Source: a virus (Duplodnaviria; Caudoviricetes). From it: 51,162 bases of DNA. A program made the position numbers and the translations under genes. Positions 35,539 through 45,471 of the stretch are shown here, piece by piece. Location: positions 1 through 51,162 of the IMG/VR virus record IMGVR_UViG_3300031566_000056; one strand, written 5' to 3'. Every line of letters starts with the position of its first letter. Position 1 is the stretch's first letter. The notes beneath the pieces were generated by a model that was not told where the DNA came from, ran no database searches, and was given only the letters and a program-made list of their open reading frames with translations.

Positions 35539-36512
35539 CTTGTCGAATACTGGTTAAAATACCATTGATCTATATAGCCAACACTCTCGCCATTGACCCA
35601 TGATTTTAGGTCAGACTTAAACTCATTAGAATCCATCAAAACAGGTCTTATTTGACATTGACAATTTGGATGCGGATAGCCTGGAATCTCGCTGTATTTA
35701 TACGGGCTTCCAGCTTGGTTGTCGGGACACGCACATCCCCAATGTTGACGGCCAGAGTTTAAAACCCATTCATACTTGTCCATAACAGCAGGATTAACTA
35801 AGCCCTGACGGACGGACGCCTCTTGCAAAGATGCGTACAGTTCAGAACGGACAACCCTTAACGCTCGCCAATCAACTTTGTCGCCTATTCTTCGAACAAA
35901 CGCGGAGGTTCCACGCTTAAGCTCTCCGTAACGCTTTACAAGTTTTGTTTTCCCGTCTTTTATATATATTTGTATATCCTTTGCAATCTTAACAACGTCG
36001 CGGCCCTGCGCGAGGCCTGAAGAGACTACGCGCTTAATTTGATTCTGATAATCGAGAGCTGACTCCCAAATTCTCGCGTCAAAAGTATAACCATTTTGCC
36101 AAACACGATTAACCATAGACTGTATCACGTCTTTATTAACGGATATAAACAAGTTTTCAATGCCGGATTTTGTTAGCGGCTGACCTGCTTGTTGAAAATC
36201 AATCGCATCAAACAAATATTTTTCGTTTATGATATTTGTTTTTCTTGTTGCCATGTTAACAGTTTTAAAAACTTGTGTTTCTATGCCTTCTCGAATGTCA
36301 TAGGCGCTTAATCTTAGTTGCCTTTCAATTTGTGCCCACGAGCCAATCGTTAACTCGGCGTTCCCGGCAAGGACCGCTTTTCGGACCTGTGCTGCTGCAA
36401 GTCTTCCAGCTTCTTCATAAGTTTTCGCTAATTCTTGCATTGCTTTGCGGGTCATATGCGGAAAGCTATTTCTCGCTTGCCGGTATAGCCGGGTATATTC
36501 TGATTTAGTCAT
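35535..36512 (-). CDS. Minor head morphogenesis protein (MuF/SPP1 gp7-like)
   Basis: FDARIW, ALRVVRSE, CACPD..PHPNCQC. Confidence 0.85.
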   Translation of the reverse strand: MTKSEYTRLYRQARNSFPHMTRKAMQELAKTYEEAGRLAAAQVRKAVLAGNAELTIGSWAQIERQLRLSAYDIREGIETQVFKTVNMATRKTNIINEKYLFDAIDFQQAGQPLTKSGIENLFISVNKDVIQSMVNRVWQNGYTFDARIWESALDYQNQIKRVVSSGLAQGRDVVKIAKDIQIYIKDGKTKLVKRYGELKRGTSAFVRRIGDKVDWRALRVVRSELYASLQEASVRQGLVNPAVMDKYEWVLNSGRQHWGCACPDNQAGSPYKYSEIPGYPHPNCQCQIRPVLMDSNEFKSDLKSWVNGESVGYIDQWYFNQYSTS

Positions 36513-37260
36513 TCATGTGCTTTTCGTTAGTCTGAAAAACAGAACGCATTAAAGAAGGATCACCGCCAACAGACTCAGCAAAAGCTATTAAGGCAGGAAT
36601 ATCTTTGTTTAGACAGTGGCTTGAATAATAAGGATTGTCTTTATATACAAACGTATGAGATCTATTTATCCTTGGGTCCTTTAACCATAATTCGCGTAGT
36701 TCATTGTAATCAACACCAATCATACTTGATATTCTTGCGAATTCATTACAAAAAGTCACCTTAGCAGCAAGCCAGCAATTTTCCATATATTTACAAAGTT
36801 CCGCTGTCCTTGAACTAGTAAATATGATTTCAAGGCTTGAGTGTGATATTTCCTTATAAGCTTCCGCAACAACAGATGCGTAGGTCCGTTTCCCACCAAG
36901 AATAAGAAAATTATAATCAGCGCCGTTTGCGTGTATTGTCTCGCCGAAGTATTCAGGAGAAAAAACAACTTTGACATAATAATCCGATCCTATTTTTTTG
37001 GTCGTCTCAGGCGGCACGGTTGATTTTATACAAAAAATATCTACATTTTCCGCATAATCTACAATAACTCTTTCCACAATTGATGTATCACAAGTACCAT
37101 CTGCTTTTTTTTCCGTGGGAACGCAGACAAACGCAACATCAAATCTTTCTTCTTCGTTGATTGTAAATCCTTTCGGTGGGTCGGCGATGCTTGCATTTTT
37201 AAAAAGCTTGTGCATATTCTGACCAACTACCCCATAGCCGATTATCAATACTTTCCTCAT
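36505..37260 (-). CDS. UDP-glucose/GDP-mannose dehydrogenase family protein (short form)
   Basis: IIGYGVVG, CVPT, IKSTVPP, FSPEY, AELCKY.EN..LA.KVTFCNE, DPRI, HCLNKD. Confidence 0.9.
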   Translation of the reverse strand: MRKVLIIGYGVVGQNMHKLFKNASIADPPKGFTINEEERFDVAFVCVPTEKKADGTCDTSIVERVIVDYAENVDIFCIKSTVPPETTKKIGSDYYVKVVFSPEYFGETIHANGADYNFLILGGKRTYASVVAEAYKEISHSSLEIIFTSSRTAELCKYMENCWLAAKVTFCNEFARISSMIGVDYNELRELWLKDPRINRSHTFVYKDNPYYSSHCLNKDIPALIAFAESVGGDPSLMRSVFQTNEKHMND

Positions 37261-38687
37261 TCTGTTATCTCCTCTTCTTGTTGTTTAAAATCCAATGTCT
37301 CAGAATAACTCGCATTGGTATATTGTACGTGCTGAGCCATATCTGACAGGCCAAGTACGAAAATATCATATTCCTCCTTTGTTGCTTTTGGATATAATTG
37401 AGTCCACAGGTTTAATAGCTGCTCTTTGGTCATTGCTGCATTCTTAACCAATACGCCGACCGCTTCGGCAAAGCCTTTAAAGACAGTCGCTTTTGTTGCA
37501 TCGCTGACAGCGTCAAGGTCATTCCATTTTATTTTTAAAGGCACTCCAGAGCCTCCGATTGTGGCCATCCGATATAATGATAGCGAAGCAAAAAACAATT
37601 TTTCATATTGATTTGTTTTTTGCTCTTGCTTGTCTATCACAAATTTCACAAGCGAAGCCATTGATTCTTCAACACTGGCGTTGTTTCCGGTTGTCTTCAA
37701 TCCCCAGGCAATCTCAGGAACTCCGGACGCCTCAACTATCTTTTGAAATTTTTGCTTTAATGCGCCTTCGTATGCCGTATAAGCTGAAAAATCAAGAGAC
37801 TGAAATTCCGTAGCTTCAACTTCTCCTTTGTTGATTATAACATCAAGATCGTAAACTTTGATTTGGTTAATGTCTGTATATCCGTTATTTGATAGCCAGG
37901 ATGCAGGATCATTAACACGCTGAACCATTTTTGGCTGAAACTTTGCAAGCATATTCGACCGCTGCAGATCAATATCATGATATGATTTTAAATCCGTGAT
38001 TATTCTCTCAAGGTCTGGATATCCCCTAACTTCTTCAGCATCTTTGTTATTAGAAAAAGGAACCGGCAAGATGCCAGCGATATTTCTATAAGTTTTAGAT
38101 TTTAGTTCTTTTGGAACCTGATCTTTCCCTTCAAGCCAAAGCTCTGTTATTTTTTTTGTCGTAAAGTATCTTTTTCTTCTGACATATACAACTTTATTTT
38201 CTCCTATTTTTATTCCCAAAAGTTCATCAACTATTATTTCGACTATCTCGCCGGTTTCAATATCTCTTATAATGTCCGAGACTGACGGATCGGGTATAAA
38301 CTCCCAAATAAGCTTATTTAACGAAGCTACCCATTTCGGAAAAATCCATATTGTCCCATCTCTATGACACTGTAAATGTATTTGTTTCATTTCTGTTTTA
38401 AAATGATCAAGCAAATACTCAATGTCCTCACTGGCGCTTTCGTCTTCCTCGACAGGACTTGGAACCGGATAGCCCATAAGCCAGACAGGAATCGCAATCG
38501 GAGCAAAGGCCAGGCCCCCGGCAAGCTTCATTCCTGGGTAGGTATTATGAAACAAGCCTTTTGTTAATTCTTTATTTACAACAAGATCGTCGGTCCAGTC
38601 TCTCGGGGCCGGCCTTCTTGGTGAAAATTTTGTCACATTGCTATTGTCTATTGTTTGCTTGCCTTTTAGCCAGTCGAAAATTCCCAT
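37257..38687 (-). CDS. Portal protein
   Basis: 476 aa, MGIFDWLK start, SGVPEIAWG; between terL region and minor head gene. Confidence 0.75.
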   Translation of the reverse strand: MGIFDWLKGKQTIDNSNVTKFSPRRPAPRDWTDDLVVNKELTKGLFHNTYPGMKLAGGLAFAPIAIPVWLMGYPVPSPVEEDESASEDIEYLLDHFKTEMKQIHLQCHRDGTIWIFPKWVASLNKLIWEFIPDPSVSDIIRDIETGEIVEIIVDELLGIKIGENKVVYVRRKRYFTTKKITELWLEGKDQVPKELKSKTYRNIAGILPVPFSNNKDAEEVRGYPDLERIITDLKSYHDIDLQRSNMLAKFQPKMVQRVNDPASWLSNNGYTDINQIKVYDLDVIINKGEVEATEFQSLDFSAYTAYEGALKQKFQKIVEASGVPEIAWGLKTTGNNASVEESMASLVKFVIDKQEQKTNQYEKLFFASLSLYRMATIGGSGVPLKIKWNDLDAVSDATKATVFKGFAEAVGVLVKNAAMTKEQLLNLWTQLYPKATKEEYDIFVLGLSDMAQHVQYTNASYSETLDFKQQEEEITE

Positions 38688-38688
38688 A

Positions 38689-39225
38689 TTAGCACTTCCT
38701 CCAAAACCAGGTCATATCAGAGCATAATTCAACACTATCAAGAAGTTCATCAACAGCCCTTTTGACTTCCCCAATTTTAACATGACCATAATCATGGCCA
38801 CACAAATAGCCGCCTTTTTTTACTTTTGGCAGCCAGCAAATTATATCCTTTTTAACGCCATCATATGAATGATCTGCGTCAATAAAAACAAAATCAAAAA
38901 GACCGTCTGAAAACATTTCAGAAGCGGCACAAGAATCTGTTCTAAGAAACGTTGTCCTCGTCTTAAACCTTGCAAGGCGTTCTTTTGTTTGTTTGTAAGC
39001 CCTCTTTAAATGCCCCGCTGCTCTTTGAGCCACACCGTCGCCAGATTTATAATAAGAATCTCCGATTGGCGGCTTCTCCCACCTGTCAACAAGATAGAGT
39101 TTTAAATTGGGTAAATTACAAAGGAGTTGTTCGGCGTTTTTTCCATATCTTACGCCGACTTCAACTCCAACAATATTTTGGTCATATTTAAAACGTTTTG
39201 AAATCTCTTTACTTCTGCTTCCCAT
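38689..39225 (-). CDS. Class I SAM-dependent methyltransferase (Methyltransf_24-like)
   Basis: GVEVGVRYG, LVDRW, DFVFIDADHSY, GGYLCGHDY. Confidence 0.9.
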   Translation of the reverse strand: MGSRSKEISKRFKYDQNIVGVEVGVRYGKNAEQLLCNLPNLKLYLVDRWEKPPIGDSYYKSGDGVAQRAAGHLKRAYKQTKERLARFKTRTTFLRTDSCAASEMFSDGLFDFVFIDADHSYDGVKKDIICWLPKVKKGGYLCGHDYGHVKIGEVKRAVDELLDSVELCSDMTWFWRKC

Positions 39226-39799
39226 GTATTCTACAGTCCTTTAGCTTGATTTTGAGGATATCTTCAAGTGGCTTAGTTCCAAGCTCTAAATAATCCTCAT
39301 AATTAACAATAGGGACATTATACACTAAAAGTGCCTCTTCATACAAGTCGCACACACGGTTGATTTCGTCAACCGTGTGCAGTTTTGTTTTTCGGCGTAA
39401 ATAATGATTTATAATTGATTCGCGCTTTCTTTTCACGCCTATAGCGATATGATAAGGCAGTATTTGTTTCCAGAGATCATAACACAAAGTTACATCAGGG
39501 AATTTAAAGCCCCAATCATAACCGTGCTTATGAACCCTGTCTATTACATAGTCCTTCATCCGATCAAATATTTCTTGTGTAACAAATTTTGACATATCTG
39601 AAGTTGGAATATCAAGGCTGTGCCTGTTCTGCTTACCATGCACAAGCTGTTTTGTAATTTGCTGAACAATCGGGTCCTCATATTTACATCTTGGATAATC
39701 CCCGTAACTTGTGACGCCCATATTTATTCCTGACTCATGTAGTGTTTTTGCAATTAGCGTTGTGCCTGATTTGTGCATTCCTAATATTATTACTATCAT
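39209..39799 (-). CDS. Sulfotransferase-family protein
   Basis: ILGMHKSGTT PAPS loop, WGFKFP, VNYED. Confidence 0.85.
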   Translation of the reverse strand: MIVIILGMHKSGTTLIAKTLHESGINMGVTSYGDYPRCKYEDPIVQQITKQLVHGKQNRHSLDIPTSDMSKFVTQEIFDRMKDYVIDRVHKHGYDWGFKFPDVTLCYDLWKQILPYHIAIGVKRKRESIINHYLRRKTKLHTVDEINRVCDLYEEALLVYNVPIVNYEDYLELGTKPLEDILKIKLKDCRIHGKQK

Positions 39800-40527
39800 T
39801 ATTCAACCTCGCTTCTATACGCTAACCAAGCGTCTTTGTAATATTGCACGGCGCCAAGTAGTGGCGTTTTTTTTTCGTTGAAAACAACGCTCTTAAGCGA
39901 ACTATGATAATGCATCAAGTAACAAGGGTGTTCGTAATCGTTCCAAATTGAATGGAATCTTCTTGGCAACTGTAAAACATCCGCGTTATGGCTGCCTTGC
40001 TCAAGCATATAACCCATTGAGGATTGATCCAACCCCTTATATTTCTTGTCCAATTTTTGATACAACTTAGGACGATCGAATAAATAGTGCGTCGTAAACC
40101 ACCACTGCCTCATAAATTCGCGAGATTTCTTACTACCGCTAAAATATACCGCTCCGGTATTGTTGCCGCATAATGCAACATCGAAATCAAATTCTCCAGC
40201 CAGCAACTCGTCGAACGGATTACCGAAAAAAGCAATATCAGTGTCGCACATTAATATAGGCCGGTCTGGATGCTTATCAATAAGTTTTTCCCACATATCA
40301 ATCTTTTTCAACCAGGAAAGCGTTTTTGACGGTCCGATCTTACGGTCTCCACGATGAAAAACCGGACACGGATCATCAAAGTTTGGAGGATCAACAGCCA
40401 TACAATGATGTTCAACGTCTTTAAGGTGCTTTTCTGCTGAGACCTTCCAAACCTTGGAATATTCTTTATATCGGCTTATCTCTTCGTGGCGGTCAAACCA
40501 TATTGAAAATACTATCGGTTTTTTCAT
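39799..40527 (-). CDS. GT-A glycosyltransferase, paralogue 3
   Basis: KIDMW, CDTD (DxD), FDVA, NTGAVYF, GLDQSSMGYML; likely ATG 40527 after GGGAGG. Confidence 0.8.
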   Translation of the reverse strand: MKKPIVFSIWFDRHEEISRYKEYSKVWKVSAEKHLKDVEHHCMAVDPPNFDDPCPVFHRGDRKIGPSKTLSWLKKIDMWEKLIDKHPDRPILMCDTDIAFFGNPFDELLAGEFDFDVALCGNNTGAVYFSGSKKSREFMRQWWFTTHYLFDRPKLYQKLDKKYKGLDQSSMGYMLEQGSHNADVLQLPRRFHSIWNDYEHPCYLMHYHSSLKSVVFNEKKTPLLGAVQYYKDAWLAYRSEVE

Positions 40528-40709
40528 GCGATCCTCCCGTGAATTTTTACTAAAATGTGCTCTTCTTTGTGAGATAGCTTGCAGCCGTGAGAAATCTTGC
40601 TCCAAATAGAACTAATAAATTCCTCCTCGAAGTCGCTAATCTCTACTTGTTGCGCCTCTATCGCATAAATCAAGTCGCTTATAATGTTGTCTTGTTTTTT
40701 TAGGTTCAT
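40524..40709 (-). CDS. Hypothetical protein
   Basis: ATGA-coupled on both sides. Confidence 0.65.
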   Translation of the reverse strand: MNLKKQDNIISDLIYAIEAQQVEISDFEEEFISSIWSKISHGCKLSHKEEHILVKIHGRIA

Positions 40710-41728
40710 TTCATACTCCCTAATATGTGTGTCACGGTTTCTATATTGAAGCCGTTTCCAAGCATTTTATATCGTTGTGTATTGCTTACACCTTCAGTAT
40801 AGTTATCTGGTAAAGTTTGGAGACGTTCACATTCAATTACTGTAAAATTTCTATAGTAGTAATAGTCTCCATCTTCTGCCTCTATTACCTTAATTATAGA
40901 TGAAATATTCGCTGATAATGTTCTTCCTTTTTCAGTATGCTTATAGTATAGTCTTTGATCACAACTATCATTCCCAGTGTTGTTTAAATCGTATTGTATA
41001 TAGTTTTTAGTTTTTTTGCATATATCTTTACTTACTTTTTTCAGTACTAAAACATTATCTTTGCTAACTGTGCTTAAAGTATTTGTTTTTTGAGGGTTTT
41101 TATTTATTTCAAGCTCTTGATTTGTTATCCCAGCAACAGATTGCTTATGGTCAATTCGCTTACCGTTTACCCTTGCTCTTCCGACAATTCGACCAGCCAT
41201 TACGCTCATCTCATTACCTTCTATGATATCTTTTAAAAAAATACCTCTGTCCTCTGGCTGTGTTACACCTATAATATTTGTCCAATAAAGTCGTTTCCTG
41301 TTCTGGGCGCTTACCAATGCGGAATTAATTTCTATTGGATCGACTCCTATTATTTTACTAATGACATCTTGATATTCCTTTTTCATCTTCACATTCTCAA
41401 GCAAAAAATATTTTGGTTTATAGTGTTTCAAAATGTCCACGAAGTCGAAAAACAACTTTGAGCGTTCATCATTAAAATTAAATTGTTTGCCCGCGAAAGA
41501 AAACCCCTGGCAAGGCGAGCCAGCTATTATAACATCAGGCTTTCCAATATCCCATTCTCGCCATTTTGTTACGTCTCCGAGATGTATCATCTCGGGATGG
41601 TTTTTCATCGCTATTTGTATTGCGTACTTATCGACTTCTGATGCATAATATTTATCAACCTTTATTCCTGCGCGTTTTAAAGATTCCAATCCTCCAGCGT
41701 AACCGTCAAATAAACTTAATACAATCAT
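40706..41728 (-). CDS. C5 cytosine DNA methyltransferase
   Basis: LSLFDG, GSPCQGFS, LLENV, QNRKRLYW, ECERLQ, LGNG. Confidence 0.95.
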   Translation of the reverse strand: MIVLSLFDGYAGGLESLKRAGIKVDKYYASEVDKYAIQIAMKNHPEMIHLGDVTKWREWDIGKPDVIIAGSPCQGFSFAGKQFNFNDERSKLFFDFVDILKHYKPKYFLLENVKMKKEYQDVISKIIGVDPIEINSALVSAQNRKRLYWTNIIGVTQPEDRGIFLKDIIEGNEMSVMAGRIVGRARVNGKRIDHKQSVAGITNQELEINKNPQKTNTLSTVSKDNVLVLKKVSKDICKKTKNYIQYDLNNTGNDSCDQRLYYKHTEKGRTLSANISSIIKVIEAEDGDYYYYRNFTVIECERLQTLPDNYTEGVSNTQRYKMLGNGFNIETVTHILGSMK

Positions 41729-41771
41729 TTCATACTCCTTATATATAAGCTAATACTAACATTGTCAAAAG

Positions 41772-42473
41772 TCAAGCTTTTTCGTACTGTCGCCAAAGTT
41801 GGACTCCTGTTTGTAATCGAGAGTGTATACGTTCAATCGGAAGGTCACCAAGAGCGGCATCCCTAAGACGTGTTTTGACATGCAATATAAATGCTTGGCT
41901 TATGTCGCCCCAATCTTGCTCTACTGCGTTCATTATTTTTGTAGGGTATTTGTCTATGATTATATTCTGCGATCTCTCATACAAAAAACCAAAGGATGAT
42001 TGATTTTGACCGGAATATTTATTCCGATATTCCATGTGTAGCTCTATATTTTTCAACATCAGTTCATCAATACCTATCCAGTCGCCCATGAACGCTATAG
42101 CCTTATCTGTTGGCATAAACAAAATAACGCCCATATTGAAAGGCGCCTTTGCTCTCTCTGGCCGCTCAGCAATTGCAATGTCAAAATCCTCAGACACGAG
42201 AGGAGTGAGGTCTTTTAAAACAATTGTATCTGCATCAACAAAAAACGTCGGACAATCAATTTTTACACTAGAATAAGCCCTGAGCTTGATATGGTTATTG
42301 TGCCAGCCTGGTTTATTCCAGGCAAAACACGTCGCTGGAGGTTCAAGCTGAATACAAGTAAATTCCACGTTTGGCGCGTTAGCTTTGATTGAATTCTCAA
42401 GCGCTGTCAAACATCTTGAATACTCATTTTTTCCTGGGTAGTCAAAAACCGCTGTTATTATTTTAATCTTCAT
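41772..42473 (-). CDS. GT-A glycosyltransferase, paralogue 2
   Basis: VDAD (DxD), FDIA, FNMGVILF, GQNQSSFGFL. Confidence 0.8.
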   Translation of the reverse strand: MKIKIITAVFDYPGKNEYSRCLTALENSIKANAPNVEFTCIQLEPPATCFAWNKPGWHNNHIKLRAYSSVKIDCPTFFVDADTIVLKDLTPLVSEDFDIAIAERPERAKAPFNMGVILFMPTDKAIAFMGDWIGIDELMLKNIELHMEYRNKYSGQNQSSFGFLYERSQNIIIDKYPTKIMNAVEQDWGDISQAFILHVKTRLRDAALGDLPIERIHSRLQTGVQLWRQYEKA

Positions 42474-42744
42474 CGCGGCTGTCCAGTTCGTCGATCCACT
42501 CCCAAAAGTCTGTTATTTTTTCAGAAAGAAAAGGTGCTATGAATTCTTCAGTCAAGAACGAAAGAATACAACAAAAACATATAAGAGCAATAACACCCTC
42601 TAAAGCAAGAAACACGATCCATCCAAAAATAGATTCTACTTCTTCCTCAGCAAAAAATACTTCGCTAAAAGCCAAAACATTAATCCAGGCAAATAATGAT
42701 AAAACTATAATGCAAAATAAATCTATAATGATCTTTCTTCTCAT
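42463..42744 (-). CDS. Two-helix membrane protein
   Basis: Two hydrophobic helices; own TTGACA promoter and AAGGAG RBS. Confidence 0.7.
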   Translation of the reverse strand: MRRKIIIDLFCIIVLSLFAWINVLAFSEVFFAEEEVESIFGWIVFLALEGVIALICFCCILSFLTEEFIAPFLSEKITDFWEWIDELDSRDED

Positions 42745-42787
42745 ATCAATCTCCTTTCTAATAATATATACAATAAATCACATTTTG

Positions 42788-43150
42788 TCAAGATTTATTT
42801 TCAGGCCCCATTAAATCTCTAAGGTCTTGATTTGGATATAACTTAGACGAAGGATCTTTGGCCCTTTCAACCCATGTTCTCTTACAATTCTCCGAAAATC
42901 TTTGTGCTCTAGATGCCATTATTGACGCCTTGGCACTTTCAACCATGGCTATTTTTTCTATACCAAAAATATCATATGTTCGCCTTGCAGCGTCGTCTAC
43001 CCAGAAAGCAACAGGAGACAAGGCAAGCCACAACAAACTAAAAAAGAAATTTATCTGGCCGTCAGGTGTAGAAAATATTAAATGTTTATAGTCCCAAAAA
43101 TTCCAACCCAGACCGACGTTTATTATTCGACCTGTTATCCACTCGAGACC
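42788..43150 (-). pseudogene. 3' half of a CmpB/TMEM229-like membrane protein gene, 5' end replaced
   Basis: LEWITG.IINVGLGWNFWDY..GQI...FSLLW..LS..A..VDD motif; upstream part of the track ORF is antisense to the deaminase fragment. Confidence 0.6.
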
Positions 43151-43324
43151 GCTAAATATTTTTTTGTGACCCATCTTCCTTGTGTGATGTGCGCTAAGCG
43201 GATTATCAATCTCGGCGGGGTGAAGAAGATTTTTTATAATCAAGATTACCGCCTTCGTGATTCTCTGGAACTTTTTCGTTCGGCGGGCATTGAAATTGAA
43301 CATTTTGTCTATGATGAGCTTTAA
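43151..43324 (+). pseudogene. 3' fragment of dCMP/cytidine deaminase-family gene
   Basis: FVTHLPCVMCAKRIINLGGVKKIFY..DYR; PCxxC present, N-terminal HAE motif absent. Confidence 0.8.
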
Positions 43325-43383
43325 TTTTATCTGGACCATGATTATTGCTTAAAATTCAGTGATTTCATGTCGAACCCAGCGTT

Positions 43384-44226
43384 TTAGTTTGATAAAATTA
43401 GCTTTATTAATGTAAATATTCCTAATCCAAGGGTGATCCATGCCATTGACCATCTTAATTTTTTTGCATCAATTTTGCTTACAAAGAAGGCTGAAAAGGG
43501 CACTGATAATGTTCCGGCACAAACCAGTAGGGGAAGAAGGCTGCTTTGAAAAGGATTTTCACGAAAGGCCAGGTAGATGATGATTCCGACAAAGCAGCTT
43601 AGTCCTTCAGAAATCGATGTGATTCCAATGGCGGTTTTTTCCGGAATACCACTGAGTATTTGACCTCCGGTGATCAGGGGTCCGTAGCCTCCGCCTGAAA
43701 TTCCTTTATTAAATGAGGCCATAATCCCCATTAAACTTAATCTCTTCCAGGAAAAGTGATAGGTTTTATTATTGGTGAGGAAGAGGAGTATGCCGATAGC
43801 TGTGATGAGAATTCCAATATAGAGCTTTACGTAGAAAGCCGGGAGTTTTATGGCTAATGCCACTGCTAATATGGTTCCGCCGACACCAAAGCTTGAAATT
43901 GCAATGAGGCTTTTCATGTTAACATTTAAGCCCTTTATTTTTTTTATCCAATTTAATGGTAATTTCTGTGAACCGGTAATTTTACCCGAGGGCTTTGGAG
44001 TGATCAATGTCAGGTTTCCCAGGCTTTGATGGGCTATTCCGGCCAGTATTCCAGTGACAAATTCCGAAACCAGAATGGCCGGGACTACTTCTAGGGGTTG
44101 AAATCCCATGAATAGAAGGATGGGTGTAAGGGCCGTGCCGTAACCCATGCCAAGTGTCGAGTCTGTTAATTCCGCAAAAAAGGCGATGATAAAGATTAAG
44201 CATCCTGTGACTAAAGTTATTTCCAT
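43384..44226 (-). CDS. TauE/SafE (TSUP) sulfite exporter-family transporter
   Basis: DSTLGMGYGTALTPIL, GISGGGYGPL, AIGITS; many TM helices; AAGGAG RBS. Confidence 0.92.
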   Translation of the reverse strand: MEITLVTGCLIFIIAFFAELTDSTLGMGYGTALTPILLFMGFQPLEVVPAILVSEFVTGILAGIAHQSLGNLTLITPKPSGKITGSQKLPLNWIKKIKGLNVNMKSLIAISSFGVGGTILAVALAIKLPAFYVKLYIGILITAIGILLFLTNNKTYHFSWKRLSLMGIMASFNKGISGGGYGPLITGGQILSGIPEKTAIGITSISEGLSCFVGIIIYLAFRENPFQSSLLPLLVCAGTLSVPFSAFFVSKIDAKKLRWSMAWITLGLGIFTLIKLILSN

Positions 44227-44311
44227 GTTAAATTCTCCTTTGTTTAATCGATAATATCGATTGTTTTAGTCGTTATTTATGAAACAGTTTTGGACCTTTT
44301 ATTCATCCATT

Positions 44312-44776
44312 CTATTGCTTTATAAAAGGTCTCTGAGGGTGGTGGATTCGTTTTTCTTTATTTTTCATGTTGCCTTGAAGCATACCTTGCCATTTGAATT
44401 TAAAGTTTCTAACTGCTGTTTTAAAACTGGTGTATGCCAATTCGCTATCTGCAAAATCACTTGCTCCATTATCCTTATCCCAAACAATCCAACATGAAGA
44501 ATCTATTGATATTTTAGATATAAAATGATTAGCACCCCAAATTATTTGATTTTTACTTATTCTAAAAAGTTCAGTAAAATATTCTTTCGGTGGTGATTCT
44601 GTATCCCAGTCTTTATTTCCGTAATCCTTAGATATTGCTAATTTACTTCTTGTTTTATTTGTTTTCCCACTCTCACCAATTCCATAAGGCGGGTCAACAA
44701 TAGCAAGATCATAATGATTATCAGGCAAGTCTTTCATGAATTCCATGTTTTCGATTAAGTGGACTATGTTTTTCAT
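44312..44776 (-). pseudogene. Truncated N4/N6 DNA methyltransferase
   Basis: DPPY, QIIWGAN, WIVWDK present; diverges at RIH and lacks the SAM-binding motif of its neighbour. Confidence 0.8.
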
Positions 44777-44778
44777 GT

Positions 44779-45471
44779 CTACTCCTTTCCTTCAAAAATC
44801 AAATCCTGTATTTCTTCAGTATTAAATAATGATTGTTGTGATATGTGATTTTGATAGCGTTCTTCTTGTGCTTGCCAGTAATCCGGGTCAAGCTCGCAGC
44901 CTTCAAAGTCAAAACCTAAATCATGACAAGCTATTCTTATTGAGCCAGAGCCGACATTTGTATCTAATATTAACCATCCAGGTTTAGCATAATTTTTTAA
45001 TGTCCATTTATATAATGCTACTGGTTTTTGAGTTGGGTGGATCTTTTTATACAACTTTGCTTTTTCTTCATTATTGCTAATTCTATTTCCACCTGGATAA
45101 TGCCTGAATATTTTAGGTTGTTTTTTTGGAATACTGCAAAATGCTAATTCATGCATTGAAAAAGTTAATCCTTCTGGTTGCTTTTTATCCCAAACTATCC
45201 ACGATTTTGAAGGTGGCAAATTTTTTGTAAAATAGTTCCCACCCCATATAATTTGGTTTTTCGAGATTCTAAAAAGTTCAGTAAAATATTCTTTCGGTGG
45301 TGGTTCTGTATCCCAATCTTTAGGTTTATATTCTGTCAATTTTGTTCGATAGTGTTTAACACTTCCCACCGATATTCCATAAGGCGGGTCACAAATAGCC
45401 AGATCATAATGATTGTCTGGAATATCGGCCATGAATTTCATATTGTCGATTAGGTGTACTATGTTTTTCAT
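44779..45471 (-). CDS. N4/N6 DNA methyltransferase (beta-type order)
   Basis: DPPY, WIVWDK, IHPTQKP, ILDTNVGSGS. Confidence 0.93.
   Translation of the reverse strand: MKNIVHLIDNMKFMADIPDNHYDLAICDPPYGISVGSVKHYRTKLTEYKPKDWDTEPPPKEYFTELFRISKNQIIWGGNYFTKNLPPSKSWIVWDKKQPEGLTFSMHELAFCSIPKKQPKIFRHYPGGNRISNNEEKAKLYKKIHPTQKPVALYKWTLKNYAKPGWLILDTNVGSGSIRIACHDLGFDFEGCELDPDYWQAQEERYQNHISQQSLFNTEEIQDLIFEGKE

Noticed and set aside
42788-43339. 183-aa ORF as a genuine full gene
   Set aside because: N-terminal third is antisense of the deaminase fragment; chimeric frame created by the insertion.
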